NCBI GenBank assembly: GCA_003516025.1
Contig: CP023991.1
Span: 931,374 to 963,373, forward strand
Direction of reading: 5' to 3'
Source: Candidatus Saccharimonadota bacterium
GTDB lineage: Bacteria > Patescibacteriota > Saccharimonadia > Saccharimonadales > UBA4665
Length of the DNA stretch: 32,000 bases
A program made the position numbers and the translations under genes. The notes beneath the pieces were generated by a model that ran no database searches, was not told the origin of the DNA, and saw only the letters and a list, made by a program, of their open reading frames with translations. Below are positions 7,693 to 15,962 of this stretch, one piece after another; position 1 is the first letter of the stretch; each line of letters starts with the position of its first letter.

Positions 7693-9876
7693 TTACAAAA
7701 TCGGCGGCAAGCCTTTGATTGACTGGTAACCAGGATCGAAGGTCTTGCTACTGGACGGCGCTAGCCATACTTCAGGGCCGTAGTTAAATACCTCGGCCGC
7801 ATCATTACCTACGGTACCCGACGCCCGCAGCAGCCAAATCTGGTTAGCCACGAAGCTGCCGTTAACGGTCAGCTTCTTATTACAGGTTGTCGCATAGCCG
7901 TTAGACACCGCGCCGTTCGGATCGAAGCTAGCACCCGATGCGTTGCTACAGGTGGTTATCGTACCGGCCCTAGGTAAAGTAAAGCTATTCGCGGCCGTCG
8001 TGTAACCCGTGTCTGGTATTGCTACATAGGTTCCGTCGAGCTGCGTGACGGAAGAGTCAATGAATATGCTGCCATGTACTACTAAACGGAGGGATGGAAT
8101 GATCGATTCGCTGGCCCAGCTTGAGGCGCCGTTGCTGTTCTGATAGGTTATATTACCTGTAATACGGACGTTACCATCAACATATATAGTGATCTGCGAG
8201 CCAGTCTTGATAAGACTCGTACTGATGTTTAGCGGAGTGGCGCTGGAATACTTATAGTTACCGGCGTTGACATTATTCAAGTTACCGCTGGTAACAGCTG
8301 GCAGCGTCGACAGGTTAGGCTTAGTGCCCCAGTAATCAATACAGTTCTTAAATGAGCCGAACATACCGCCGAACAAGCCGGAACCAGCGTTCACGTTAGC
8401 CGTGTTGGCAAATGACAGTGCCGTAGGCGGACTATGGCCCTGGCTGGTCGAAAACTCCTGAATTTTACCTAATGCCAACGCGGCGTATTCAGTTCCAGCG
8501 CCGGAATACGGGCTAGCCTTAGAGTTCCATGAAGCCATACCCGCGTTATTGTTTGTAATCGCTGAGCTGCAGGGCGTAATCGTGCTGCCACTCGGGCTGG
8601 CGAACGACGCGCCGGCGACGGCATCACCACCGTTTACACTATAGTACGGATAATTAAGCACCATAAAGTTCTGGCTCGGGCACACTTTGGCGCCTGATCC
8701 ACCTTCCACTCCATACTCAACCGTAAACACGCCGGCCGCATTCGTTGGCCCTAGGTTGTTCACGGTAGCCTTCCAGACAACTCCTGATGTAGTCGCCGCC
8801 GGGTAGGCGTTGTAAATATACGCCCCACTACTATTTTTAATTCTTAAATACAGTTTTCCGCCGGTGTTTCTGGCCGAAGCCAGTGCCGCTGCCTCGTTAT
8901 ATGACAGACTGGCCGTTACATTGAACTGTTGTTGCGGTGAGAGATTATCCGGATTTATCATCAACGAACAGGTCGACGTCGGCTGCTTGATAGCCACACA
9001 AGCCGGATTACTATAACCAATCGCGGGCACATACGACGTCGGCCAGTTCATATGGACTCGCTCGCATAATGTTGGCACTGTGGTGGCAGGTACGACCATA
9101 GGATGCGTTTGATACGCAGCACCCCCGGTCGGTATACCGGCCGCCCATATGTCCTGATAGCCTTCCTGAATTGCCGCAAAACCATCATATGAATATCGGC
9201 CGCCATACCAGAAGTTAGCTGGGCTGGGCCCGTTGTTCCGGATCGTATGGTTAAAGGTCACCGTTTCGCCTGGGTAAGCACTGGCTTTATCCACAGCAGT
9301 CCACGCCGACAGGGTCCAGCCCTGAGCCAATGGCGTCATGTTACCTACCGGGTTGGCACAGTCACGCTTAATAGCGTAAGTGGAACCATCCGGGTTATAA
9401 AAGACAATTGACGGCAACTGGTTGGTGTCAGCATACCAGGCAACATCGGTGTAAGATGGCTGGTAATACGTATTGAAATTAAAGTAATACGAGTCAGCCC
9501 AGCCAATACGGTTATTGGCCCCATACCAGCGCACAATACTGTCAAATTCATTCCAACGGTCTTTAGCAACGGTCCATGGGGTTCCGGCGGGCGCACCCAG
9601 CATAGTCAGCACCGTGAAGGCCGCGGAAACGTGATTGTGAGGATCAGGGTGATTTAAACGTGCCCAGTAGAACTCCAGGAAAGATTGGACGTCGTACACT
9701 TGAATACCACCTATAAACAAGTCGTCGCCTGATGTCTGTCTTATATTATTGAAGTAGCCATACCACTTTCCGCGCGCGAATGGATCTGCATTGGCGATGC
9801 CGGTATTGTTGAACACTGTCACCGCGACGATGAGCGGGAAAAATACATATATAAGAAGCTTGCTCTTGAATGTCAT
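7693..9876 (-). CDS. 727-aa secreted multidomain protein of unknown function (T4P-operon associated)
   Basis: Signal-peptide-like N-terminus (LLIYVFFPLIVAVTVFNNTGIANA/DP). The N-terminal domain is Trp/Tyr-rich. Ig/CARDB-like segments are present (GETVTFNHTIRNNG). The C-terminal region is rich in Gly/Asn/Ser/Thr (ITIYVDGNVRITGNITY...LRLVVHGSIFIDSS). AAGGA SD upstream, and the ATG overlaps the upstream stop codon (ATGA). Confidence 0.85.
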   Translation of the reverse strand: MTFKSKLLIYVFFPLIVAVTVFNNTGIANADPFARGKWYGYFNNIRQTSGDDLFIGGIQVYDVQSFLEFYWARLNHPDPHNHVSAAFTVLTMLGAPAGTPWTVAKDRWNEFDSIVRWYGANNRIGWADSYYFNFNTYYQPSYTDVAWYADTNQLPSIVFYNPDGSTYAIKRDCANPVGNMTPLAQGWTLSAWTAVDKASAYPGETVTFNHTIRNNGPSPANFWYGGRYSYDGFAAIQEGYQDIWAAGIPTGGAAYQTHPMVVPATTVPTLCERVHMNWPTSYVPAIGYSNPACVAIKQPTSTCSLMINPDNLSPQQQFNVTASLSYNEAAALASARNTGGKLYLRIKNSSGAYIYNAYPAATTSGVVWKATVNNLGPTNAAGVFTVEYGVEGGSGAKVCPSQNFMVLNYPYYSVNGGDAVAGASFASPSGSTITPCSSAITNNNAGMASWNSKASPYSGAGTEYAALALGKIQEFSTSQGHSPPTALSFANTANVNAGSGLFGGMFGSFKNCIDYWGTKPNLSTLPAVTSGNLNNVNAGNYKYSSATPLNISTSLIKTGSQITIYVDGNVRITGNITYQNSNGASSWASESIIPSLRLVVHGSIFIDSSVTQLDGTYVAIPDTGYTTAANSFTLPRAGTITTCSNASGASFDPNGAVSNGYATTCNKKLTVNGSFVANQIWLLRASGTVGNDAAEVFNYGPEVWLAPSSSKTFDPGYQSIKGLPPIL

Positions 9877-10478
9877 TGTAAGTCCTTAATTGCCGCTTCA
9901 AGCCGTGTCACATTTTGCTTGTACGACCCCTGCTGCTCTTTGTTATAGGCGTCTATCGATTTCCGGTAGTACTCAATAGCCTTGGTTTTATCGCCGCCAT
10001 CGGCATATTTTCTCGCGAGCAAAGCATATTCACCCGGTTGCAGGTTTCCAATATCTTCAATCTTCGCGTTAGTTTCGGCTGCCGCTTCATCCTGGTTGCT
10101 CGCCGACTGGACGGAAGCCAGCAAGGAAAGTTTGGTCTTATCAGATTCGTAGTTCTTCTGAGTCTTTATAAGCTTTTCGGCTTCGTCGTACTGTTTTGAC
10201 CCGATGAGATAGTTTACTTTAGACACCAGGTCTTCGTTGCTGATTTCCTTGTACGAAACCTTGGCTGGCGCGAGTTTTGATCCCGATTTCGCGCCGTTGG
10301 CTGGCGTTTTCGTGGCATCAGGTTTGAACATAAAATAAGCGCCCGCTGCCAGAGCGGCTACTACAACAAAAGTAACGATAATAAAAAGTTTTCGCCGCTT
10401 CTTTAAAAAAGCCAATCGCTGTTCCAGCGATGGATGGCCGGTACCCGTTACCACTGTTGGCTTATCATCTGCACCCAT
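9873..10478 (-). CDS. Membrane-anchored TPR-like repeat protein, first gene of the T4P operon
   Basis: 201 aa with a single transmembrane helix (LFIIVTFVVVAALAAGAYFMF). The C-terminal helical repeats have a TPR-like pattern (YDEAEKLI; EYALLARKYADGGDKTKAIEYYRKSIDAY). Confidence 0.75.
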   Translation of the reverse strand: MGADDKPTVVTGTGHPSLEQRLAFLKKRRKLFIIVTFVVVAALAAGAYFMFKPDATKTPANGAKSGSKLAPAKVSYKEISNEDLVSKVNYLIGSKQYDEAEKLIKTQKNYESDKTKLSLLASVQSASNQDEAAAETNAKIEDIGNLQPGEYALLARKYADGGDKTKAIEYYRKSIDAYNKEQQGSYKQNVTRLEAAIKDLQ

Positions 10479-10488
10479 ATATATCCAT

Positions 10489-10494
10489 AGTATA
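10489..10494 (-). promoter_or_regulatory. Candidate -10 box (TATACT) 10 nt upstream of the SD-less start of the TPR gene
   Basis: The minus strand reads TATACT-atggatatat-ATG. No purine-rich SD lies in between. Confidence 0.3.
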
Positions 10495-10813
10495 TCAAAC
10501 CATGAGCGTTATAGTACAACATTCTTATTATGCTTTGCGCAAAAGAGTTAATACGGGGATTTAACCTGGATGAATATATCCGGGTGTAACGTGATGTATC
10601 CAAATGCCGTTTATGCCTAAAGTACGACTGCAAGAATTTGGTTAGTGTTGTAGTGTAATCGGACATACGACTATTCGCTCTCATTCATGGTCTCTATGGC
10701 CGTGTGAGTCACCAAAAGGAAGAGGTTAGCATGAATATTATTCTTGTGTATGGCGCATTCGCCAACGCTTCGGCCAGTAGCGAGCAATGGTTTACGCAAT
10801 AGTTGGCCACATC

Positions 10814-10822
10814 TGTTAAAAT
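10814..10822 (+). promoter_or_regulatory. Candidate extended -10 (TGtTAAAAT) 7 nt upstream of the ychF ATG
   Basis: TGTTAAAAT-atgtgta-ATG(10830). There is no SD. The geometry fits a leaderless transcript. Confidence 0.35.
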
Positions 10823-10829
10823 ATGTGTA

Positions 10830-11915
10830 ATGAGTTCCCTGCAAATCGGTATCGTCGGCCTGCCCAATGTTGGCAAATCAACCCTGTTTAATGCCCTGAC
10901 GGGCAGTAACATTCTGGCCGCCAACTATCCGTTCGCCACTATCGAACCCAACACCGGTATAGTTCCGGTTCCAGACGAGCGTTTGGCGAAGCTTGGCGAA
11001 TTGTATAACACCACTAAAATTGTGCCTGCTACGGTTACTTTCGTGGATATTGCCGGATTAGTCGCCGGCGCGAGCCAAGGCGAGGGTTTAGGTAACCAGT
11101 TCCTAAGCCACATCCGTTCCTGTAACGCTATCGTGCAAGTCGTGCGCGCCTTTAGCGACCCAAATGTGCTGCATGTCGATGAACAACATGATCCAGAAAA
11201 GGACATCGACGTCATTAACACGGAGCTTGTTCTGGCCGACCTGCAAACCGTTGATAAGCGCCTGCAAAAGTTCGAGAAAGAAGCCCGGGCAAACCCGAAA
11301 TTGAAGCCAGTTCTTGATACGCTATTACAAGCCAAAGAACTTCTAAACGAAGGCGCGCCGTTATGGTCTACCGGCGATATCGACCTAGAGCATATAGCCG
11401 ACCTGCAGCTTATTACCGCCAAGCCGATTATATACCTGTTCAATCTTGATGAAGACGGCCTCAGTGACGACGTGCGCAAGCAGGAACTGCGGCAACTGGT
11501 AGCGCCCTCCACTTCCCTGTTCGTCTGCGCCAAACTGGAGAACGAACTCAAGGAACTTGATGCCGAAGATGCCAAAGAATTACTGGAAAGCTATGGCCAG
11601 ACTGAATCTGGACTGCTACAGCTCATCCACGCCGCTTACAGCACGCTTGGCCTGCAAAGTTACCTGACGGCTGGCGTTAGTGAAGTGCGCGCCTGGACCA
11701 TCAAGCAAGGCTTCACCGCTCCGCAGGCAGCCGGTGTGATTCATGGTGATTTTGAACGCGGTTTTATCGCTGCCGAAATCGTTGATTATAGCGACCTTAT
11801 TGAAGCTGGTTCGTTGCAAAACGCTAAATCTAAAGGTAAAGTTCGCACCGAAGGAAAAACCTACGTTATGCAACCAGGTGACGTGGTGGAATTCCGCTTT
11901 AACGTCAGTAAATAA
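10830..11915 (+). CDS. ychF: Ribosome-binding ATPase YchF (Obg-family GTPase fold)
   Basis: Start moved from TTG 10803 to ATG 10830. This gives MSSLQIGIVGLPNVGKSTLFNALT, the usual 6-7 residues before the G1 motif. The TGS-like C-terminus is present (GKTYVMQPGDVVEFRFNV). Confidence 0.93.
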   Translation: MSSLQIGIVGLPNVGKSTLFNALTGSNILAANYPFATIEPNTGIVPVPDERLAKLGELYNTTKIVPATVTFVDIAGLVAGASQGEGLGNQFLSHIRSCNAIVQVVRAFSDPNVLHVDEQHDPEKDIDVINTELVLADLQTVDKRLQKFEKEARANPKLKPVLDTLLQAKELLNEGAPLWSTGDIDLEHIADLQLITAKPIIYLFNLDEDGLSDDVRKQELRQLVAPSTSLFVCAKLENELKELDAEDAKELLESYGQTESGLLQLIHAAYSTLGLQSYLTAGVSEVRAWTIKQGFTAPQAAGVIHGDFERGFIAAEIVDYSDLIEAGSLQNAKSKGKVRTEGKTYVMQPGDVVEFRFNVSK

Positions 11916-11921
11916 CAAGAC

Positions 11922-12671
11922 CTACTGCTGTGCCTGGACCGATTCGCGGGTGTAGCCATACGGGCGCTTGCGCCAGCGCTGGCTGAACGGTACGGTCATA
12001 TACTCTTTAATGACCTGGCCGTTGTGGACAATGCTTTTCAGGCCGGCGGCACCCATGGCAACTGCCAGGCGCCGCTGTTCGTCAGTATGGTGCGGGGTTG
12101 GCTCCGGATTATAAAAACCGGGGTTTTCAGTATGGGCCTGCTGTATTGGGGCTATATCCGGTGTTTCCGCAACTTGGGCTGGCAATGCCTGCTCATAGCG
12201 GTCCGACGCGTTAGCCATGGCGATTCCAACCGGTGTATTTTTAGCGTCATGCTGTTGCTGGAACTGGTTCATCATAAAGTGATGGCGGATTTCCATGACT
12301 TTATGCTGCGTGTAGGTAAACAGCTTGCGCAGACGGGCGCCGCTTGGCGTCGTAAAGCGCAGCTCTTTGTTGGGCGTATAGATACGAATGGTCGAGTTCA
12401 TCATACGGCCACTGAAGTCCAGTTCAGTAATCATATCGAAGCGAATATCTTTGAGTGTCAGATATTTCGGCTTTTTATCAATCAGTAAAACACGGAAATC
12501 GGTAGCGACCAGTAAGGCAAAGCCCCCATCGTATTGTCCATTTACCGCTTGAGCAATCGTTTCTCCCGGAAGCAGAATTTCGCATAGTTCACGCAACTCA
12601 GCTCGGCCCCAAAAGCGGAAGTTACAACCAATTTTCTTTAGTTGTTCGTCCACAGTAGCTAGTGTTACCAT
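11922..12671 (-). CDS. Bacterial PH-domain (YokE/bPH-like) protein with a low-complexity C-terminal half
   Basis: The N-terminal ~110 aa (LLPGETIAQAVNGQYDGGFALLVATDFRVLLIDKKPKYLTLKDIRFDMITELDF...IRIYT) resemble the bacterial PH fold family. Strong AAGGAAGGAGGAA SD. Confidence 0.6.
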   Translation of the reverse strand: MVTLATVDEQLKKIGCNFRFWGRAELRELCEILLPGETIAQAVNGQYDGGFALLVATDFRVLLIDKKPKYLTLKDIRFDMITELDFSGRMMNSTIRIYTPNKELRFTTPSGARLRKLFTYTQHKVMEIRHHFMMNQFQQQHDAKNTPVGIAMANASDRYEQALPAQVAETPDIAPIQQAHTENPGFYNPEPTPHHTDEQRRLAVAMGAAGLKSIVHNGQVIKEYMTVPFSQRWRKRPYGYTRESVQAQQ

Positions 12672-12748
12672 AGGATTCCTCCTTCCTTAGTACTGATAAC
12701 TATAGTCTGGCAGATAAAACTTAACCGTACATTTGATCACGCCGGGAA

Positions 12749-12764
12749 TGCGATTTTTATCACA
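12749..12764. promoter_or_regulatory. CRP/FNR-type near-palindrome TGCGA-N6-TCACA
   Basis: TGCGATTTTTATCACA differs from the TGTGA-N6-TCACA consensus by one base. It lies in the divergent intergenic region upstream of the Crp/Fnr-family gene, about 55-60 nt before the inferred transcription start. Confidence 0.35.
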
Positions 12765-12819
12765 TACAGGGTGCTTACGTTTTCAAAAATAGCACTTTAT
12801 GAGATAATACCCGTAGACT

Positions 12820-13470
12820 ATGCTAGCAACCATCGAACAGACCGAACAGCTTCTCGCGATATTCAGGCAGCAAGGATCGCGCTACACCTACAAAAAAGGT
12901 GAGTTTATCATTCGGCCCGGCGAAGTACCGTCGGGCGTTTTTTATATAGAGGAAGGTTTAGTCAAAGCATACGACATCACCAAGTATGGCGAAGAGAACC
13001 TGCTCATTATCCGCCGTGAGGGCGAAGTCTTCCCGCTTATCTGGGGTATAACCGGCCAGGAACGCCAGGTCATCTATGAAGCTATCGGGCCGAGCGCGGT
13101 CTGGGAAGTCAGCCGGGACTGTTTCCTCGACTTTATTACCTCACACCCTGACGCGCTGGCTCCCCTTTTAGACATGACCGTCGAAATGTACCGCATTCAC
13201 TCGGAGCGTATCCTCAATTTGGAGTATCGTACCGTCCGGGAACGCCTTATCTCATTCCTGCTGACCATGTCTCACCGCTTTGGTAAAAAGACCACTGAAG
13301 GCCTGCTTATAAATGTACCTCTGCGGCATCAGGATATTGCCAGCTCGATCAATGCCAGCCGTGAAACTACCACCCGTGAGCTGGCCGCCCTGGAACGCAA
13401 AGACCTGCTAACGACGCAGCAATCGCTTATAACCCTCAAAGACCTCAACAAATTGCACAACCACCTCTAA
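12820..13470 (+). CDS. Crp/Fnr-family transcriptional regulator
   Basis: 216 aa. Has an N-terminal cNMP-binding beta-barrel pattern (GVFYIEEGLVKAY...IIRREGEVFPL) and a C-terminal HTH (RHQDIASSINASRETTTRELAALERKDLL). No FNR-type N-terminal Cys cluster is present. Confidence 0.88.
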   Translation: MLATIEQTEQLLAIFRQQGSRYTYKKGEFIIRPGEVPSGVFYIEEGLVKAYDITKYGEENLLIIRREGEVFPLIWGITGQERQVIYEAIGPSAVWEVSRDCFLDFITSHPDALAPLLDMTVEMYRIHSERILNLEYRTVRERLISFLLTMSHRFGKKTTEGLLINVPLRHQDIASSINASRETTTRELAALERKDLLTTQQSLITLKDLNKLHNHL

Positions 13471-13479
13471 ACTGGTACG

Positions 13480-14139
13480 TTAGGGGTTCCATTGCTTGAT
13501 CAACGTAGCCACTGCCTTGGTTAGCGCGGTATGGTCCGGCACATCGGGCGTATCATAATAATGATCCGTTGAAATATAGTCTTCCAGTACGTTTAAGCAG
13601 TAAATGTCATCCGCCAGGATATGCATACGGTCAACTGCTTTAATGCTGGCCATCGGCGTGGCCACTATGAGTTTTTTGTAAGACACCGGTTTTAAAAATT
13701 GCAGCGCCAAATCGATAGAGAAACCGCTGCTCATACCGTCGGAAACCACAACAATATTACGATCCTGCAGCAATTCCTTCCGCACCAGGCCATCGTTACT
13801 CAGTAAACGGTGCATAGCCTGCATTTTTTCAATCTTCTTCTCCTCAAGAAAGCCACGGTACTCACTGACCATCTCTTCGATCTCGCCGGTTGAAAATTCA
13901 TGGTTATAGGCAAATGATCCATCTTGCGTCATGCCGGCGATAGCAATTGCCTCGTGAGGTAGTTCGATTTCGTCCACGAGCAGCATACCCAACGAGCAAC
14001 TCAGCTGCTGCGATATTTGCATGCCGACCACTACCCCGCCATCAGACAGAGCAAGCACGGCTGTCGGCTCGTCTTTATAGCGCGGAACTATTTGCTGGGC
14101 CAAGAGGCGCCCGGCGTGTAAACGACTGGCAAAATACAT
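13480..14139 (-). CDS. COG1926-like predicted phosphoribosyltransferase-fold protein
   Basis: The N-terminus (FASRLHAGRLLAQQI...AVLALSDGGVVVGMQISQQL) and central IVVVSDGMSSGFS match the layout of type-I PRTase-like proteins. The PRPP loop is atypical. Confidence 0.6.
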   Translation of the reverse strand: MYFASRLHAGRLLAQQIVPRYKDEPTAVLALSDGGVVVGMQISQQLSCSLGMLLVDEIELPHEAIAIAGMTQDGSFAYNHEFSTGEIEEMVSEYRGFLEEKKIEKMQAMHRLLSNDGLVRKELLQDRNIVVVSDGMSSGFSIDLALQFLKPVSYKKLIVATPMASIKAVDRMHILADDIYCLNVLEDYISTDHYYDTPDVPDHTALTKAVATLIKQWNP

Positions 14140-14187
14140 TCCTTATAGTGTAACATTACGCTTGCGCTAGTACGAGAGAGCTCACGC

Positions 14188-14910
14188 TTATCGCTGTAGT
14201 ATTTTAAGCAGATAGAACCGCTCGACATTACCTTTGCTGCCGCTTACCTGCGAATCAGCTTTATCGACGATCCTGAAGGCAGTACTCGCCCAGGTTTCGA
14301 AATCTTTAAGAATATCCCGGCGCATTCGGTCGTTTTTTATAACACCCTTATGTTTGAGGCTGCTTACTGCCGCTTCAAATTGCGGTTTGACCATGGCGAC
14401 GATCTGCGTGTCCTTGTGAGCGAGCGTAGTGACATGCGGCAAGATCTCACGCAAACTAATAAATGATACGTCAGCCACGACAATATCTATTTTTTGATCC
14501 GTTACAAAACCGCGTATATCGGTTTGCTCATGTAGTTCAATTCGCGGATCACCGTGCAGGCTGGGATGCAGCTGGTTCGTACCCACTTCCACCGCGATTG
14601 ATTTGACCACGCCATGCTTCAGGGCATAATCCGTAAATCCACCGGTAGAGCTACCGACATCTAAAATTGTTTTACCTTCAAAATCTATATGCAGTACTTT
14701 CGCAACTGAGGCTAATTTGAGCGCTGCCCGTGATACATACTGCTCTTTGGCGGTAAGTTCGACGTGGTCGTCTTCTCTTACGATCGTGCCGGGTTTAGTT
14801 TCGACCTTACCGTTTAGCTTAACGTCACCGAGCTTTATGTAGCTTTCAGCTTGCGACCGCGTAGGTACAAGCTGCAACGCTACAAGTTTTTGGTCGAGGC
14901 GTTGTTTCAT
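14188..14910 (-). CDS. tlyA: TlyA-family rRNA 2'-O-methyltransferase (S4 + FtsJ domains)
   Basis: An S4-like N-terminus (RLDQKLVALQLVPTRSQAESYIKLGDVKLNGK), YVSRAALKL, and the SAM motif ILDVGSSTGGFTD. Confidence 0.88.
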   Translation of the reverse strand: MKQRLDQKLVALQLVPTRSQAESYIKLGDVKLNGKVETKPGTIVREDDHVELTAKEQYVSRAALKLASVAKVLHIDFEGKTILDVGSSTGGFTDYALKHGVVKSIAVEVGTNQLHPSLHGDPRIELHEQTDIRGFVTDQKIDIVVADVSFISLREILPHVTTLAHKDTQIVAMVKPQFEAAVSSLKHKGVIKNDRMRRDILKDFETWASTAFRIVDKADSQVSGSKGNVERFYLLKILQR

Positions 14911-15371
14911 AAGACGATCTTATCAACAATCTGCTTGTGTTCGCCCATCTGTTCAACTACATAGATTGCCTGGCACGGTATTATATCGCCCTGCTGCAGG
15001 CGCCTGGATTGTTGCGTGGTAACATGCGGACGGAACCGATGTGTAGCGCCGGTCGTCTCGGCAACTATCCACGCCTGCTCGGTATGCAGTACGCCGCGCA
15101 CCGCTTTTTCAATCGCCCGCAATGGCGGCACAGCCTCTACTACATTAACCAGTTTCTGGCCTTTATGACCAAAATGAGCCTCTTCACCGAGAACAGCAGT
15201 AAACGGTTCGATGTCAGTAAGTTTTTCCTGCATCAGGATAGTCAGTACACCGGTAACCGGTTGCGCCCGGAACCACGGCACAATAGTAATATGCAGCGGC
15301 CATTCCTGGAACGTATGGCCCACTTTATAATTTTCGATAAATAAACAAACTAATCGGTCACCTGGAATCAC
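14907..15371 (-). CDS. 2H phosphoesterase superfamily protein (LigT-like)
   Basis: GTG start with an AAGGAA SD. Two HxT/S motifs are present (LHITIV and RPHVTT) at the spacing expected for the 2H fold. 4-nt overlap with tlyA. Confidence 0.55.
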   Translation of the reverse strand: MIPGDRLVCLFIENYKVGHTFQEWPLHITIVPWFRAQPVTGVLTILMQEKLTDIEPFTAVLGEEAHFGHKGQKLVNVVEAVPPLRAIEKAVRGVLHTEQAWIVAETTGATHRFRPHVTTQQSRRLQQGDIIPCQAIYVVEQMGEHKQIVDKIVL

Positions 15372-15380
15372 GCCTATTCC

Positions 15381-15947
15381 TTATTGTTTTACCCGCTCAC
15401 GGTATGAGCCGTTTGAAGTGTCAACCGATATCAGATCGCCCTGTTTAATAAAAGCTGGTACGCGGATAGTAATGCCCGTTTCCAGCGTGGCATCTTTAGT
15501 AATGCTAGAGCTGGTGTCACCCTTAACAGCGTCTTCGGTGTAGGTAACCTGCAGCGGTACGTTTTTTGACAATTCCACATTAATGGCCTGATTGTTAAAG
15601 AACTGCAGCGTCACTTTGTCGCCTTCTTTGAGGTAACCGGCGCCGTCACCGACCAGGTCGGCTGAGATTTCAAACTGCTCGAAAGTTTCCTCGTTCATAA
15701 AGTAAAATGAATTGCCGTCACTGTATAAATACTGGACAGACAGGTTCGTAACATCGGCGGTTTGCAGCTGTTCGTTGCCCTTAAAAGTCTTTTCTAGCAC
15801 TTTGCCGTCAGTCAGGCTTTTGATGCGCACATTTACGATTGAGCCGCCGCGACCCATAACTTTCTGGTTATAGTCGACAACCCGGTATGGTACGCCTTCC
15901 AGCTGGAATAACACGCCTTTTTTGAGATTGGTAATACTTAATGCCAT
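15381..15947 (-). CDS. efp: Translation elongation factor P
   Basis: 188 aa. The sequence LKKGVLFQLEGVPYRVVDYNQKVMGRGGSIVNVRIKSL is a typical EF-P domain I. GGAGAA SD. Confidence 0.95.
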   Translation of the reverse strand: MALSITNLKKGVLFQLEGVPYRVVDYNQKVMGRGGSIVNVRIKSLTDGKVLEKTFKGNEQLQTADVTNLSVQYLYSDGNSFYFMNEETFEQFEISADLVGDGAGYLKEGDKVTLQFFNNQAINVELSKNVPLQVTYTEDAVKGDTSSSITKDATLETGITIRVPAFIKQGDLISVDTSNGSYRERVKQ

Positions 15948-15962
15948 TAGTCTAAATTCTCC

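Noticed and set aside
1012-10199. Many long plus-strand ORFs antisense to the pil genes (for example 1012..1632, 3589..4200, 4028..4390, 5996..6484). The same pattern occurs elsewhere (10925..11575, 22010..22852, 26227..26646, 28120..28560).
   Set aside because: In every case the opposite strand encodes a protein with recognisable conserved motifs. The antisense translations are low-complexity (Ser/Arg/Thr-rich) and have no SD or start context. They are open frames that arise from composition.
10800-10802. The in-frame TAG upstream of ychF as evidence of stop-codon reassignment
   Set aside because: TAG terminates genes at sensible C-termini here (pilin at 259-261, pilN at 5909-5911), and TGA and TAA are also used as stop codons. 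An N-terminal extension is not expected for YchF.
10448-10924. ORFs 10448..10684 (78 aa) and 10709..10924 (71 aa) on the minus strand in the large ychF/T4P intergenic region
   Set aside because: The first overlaps the TPR gene start and the second is antisense to the ychF start. Neither has an SD, their composition is odd, and I recognise no motif. The 250-nt gap itself (10479-10730) remains unexplained. I could not support an RNA gene there, as I saw no tRNA, SRP or RNase P signatures.
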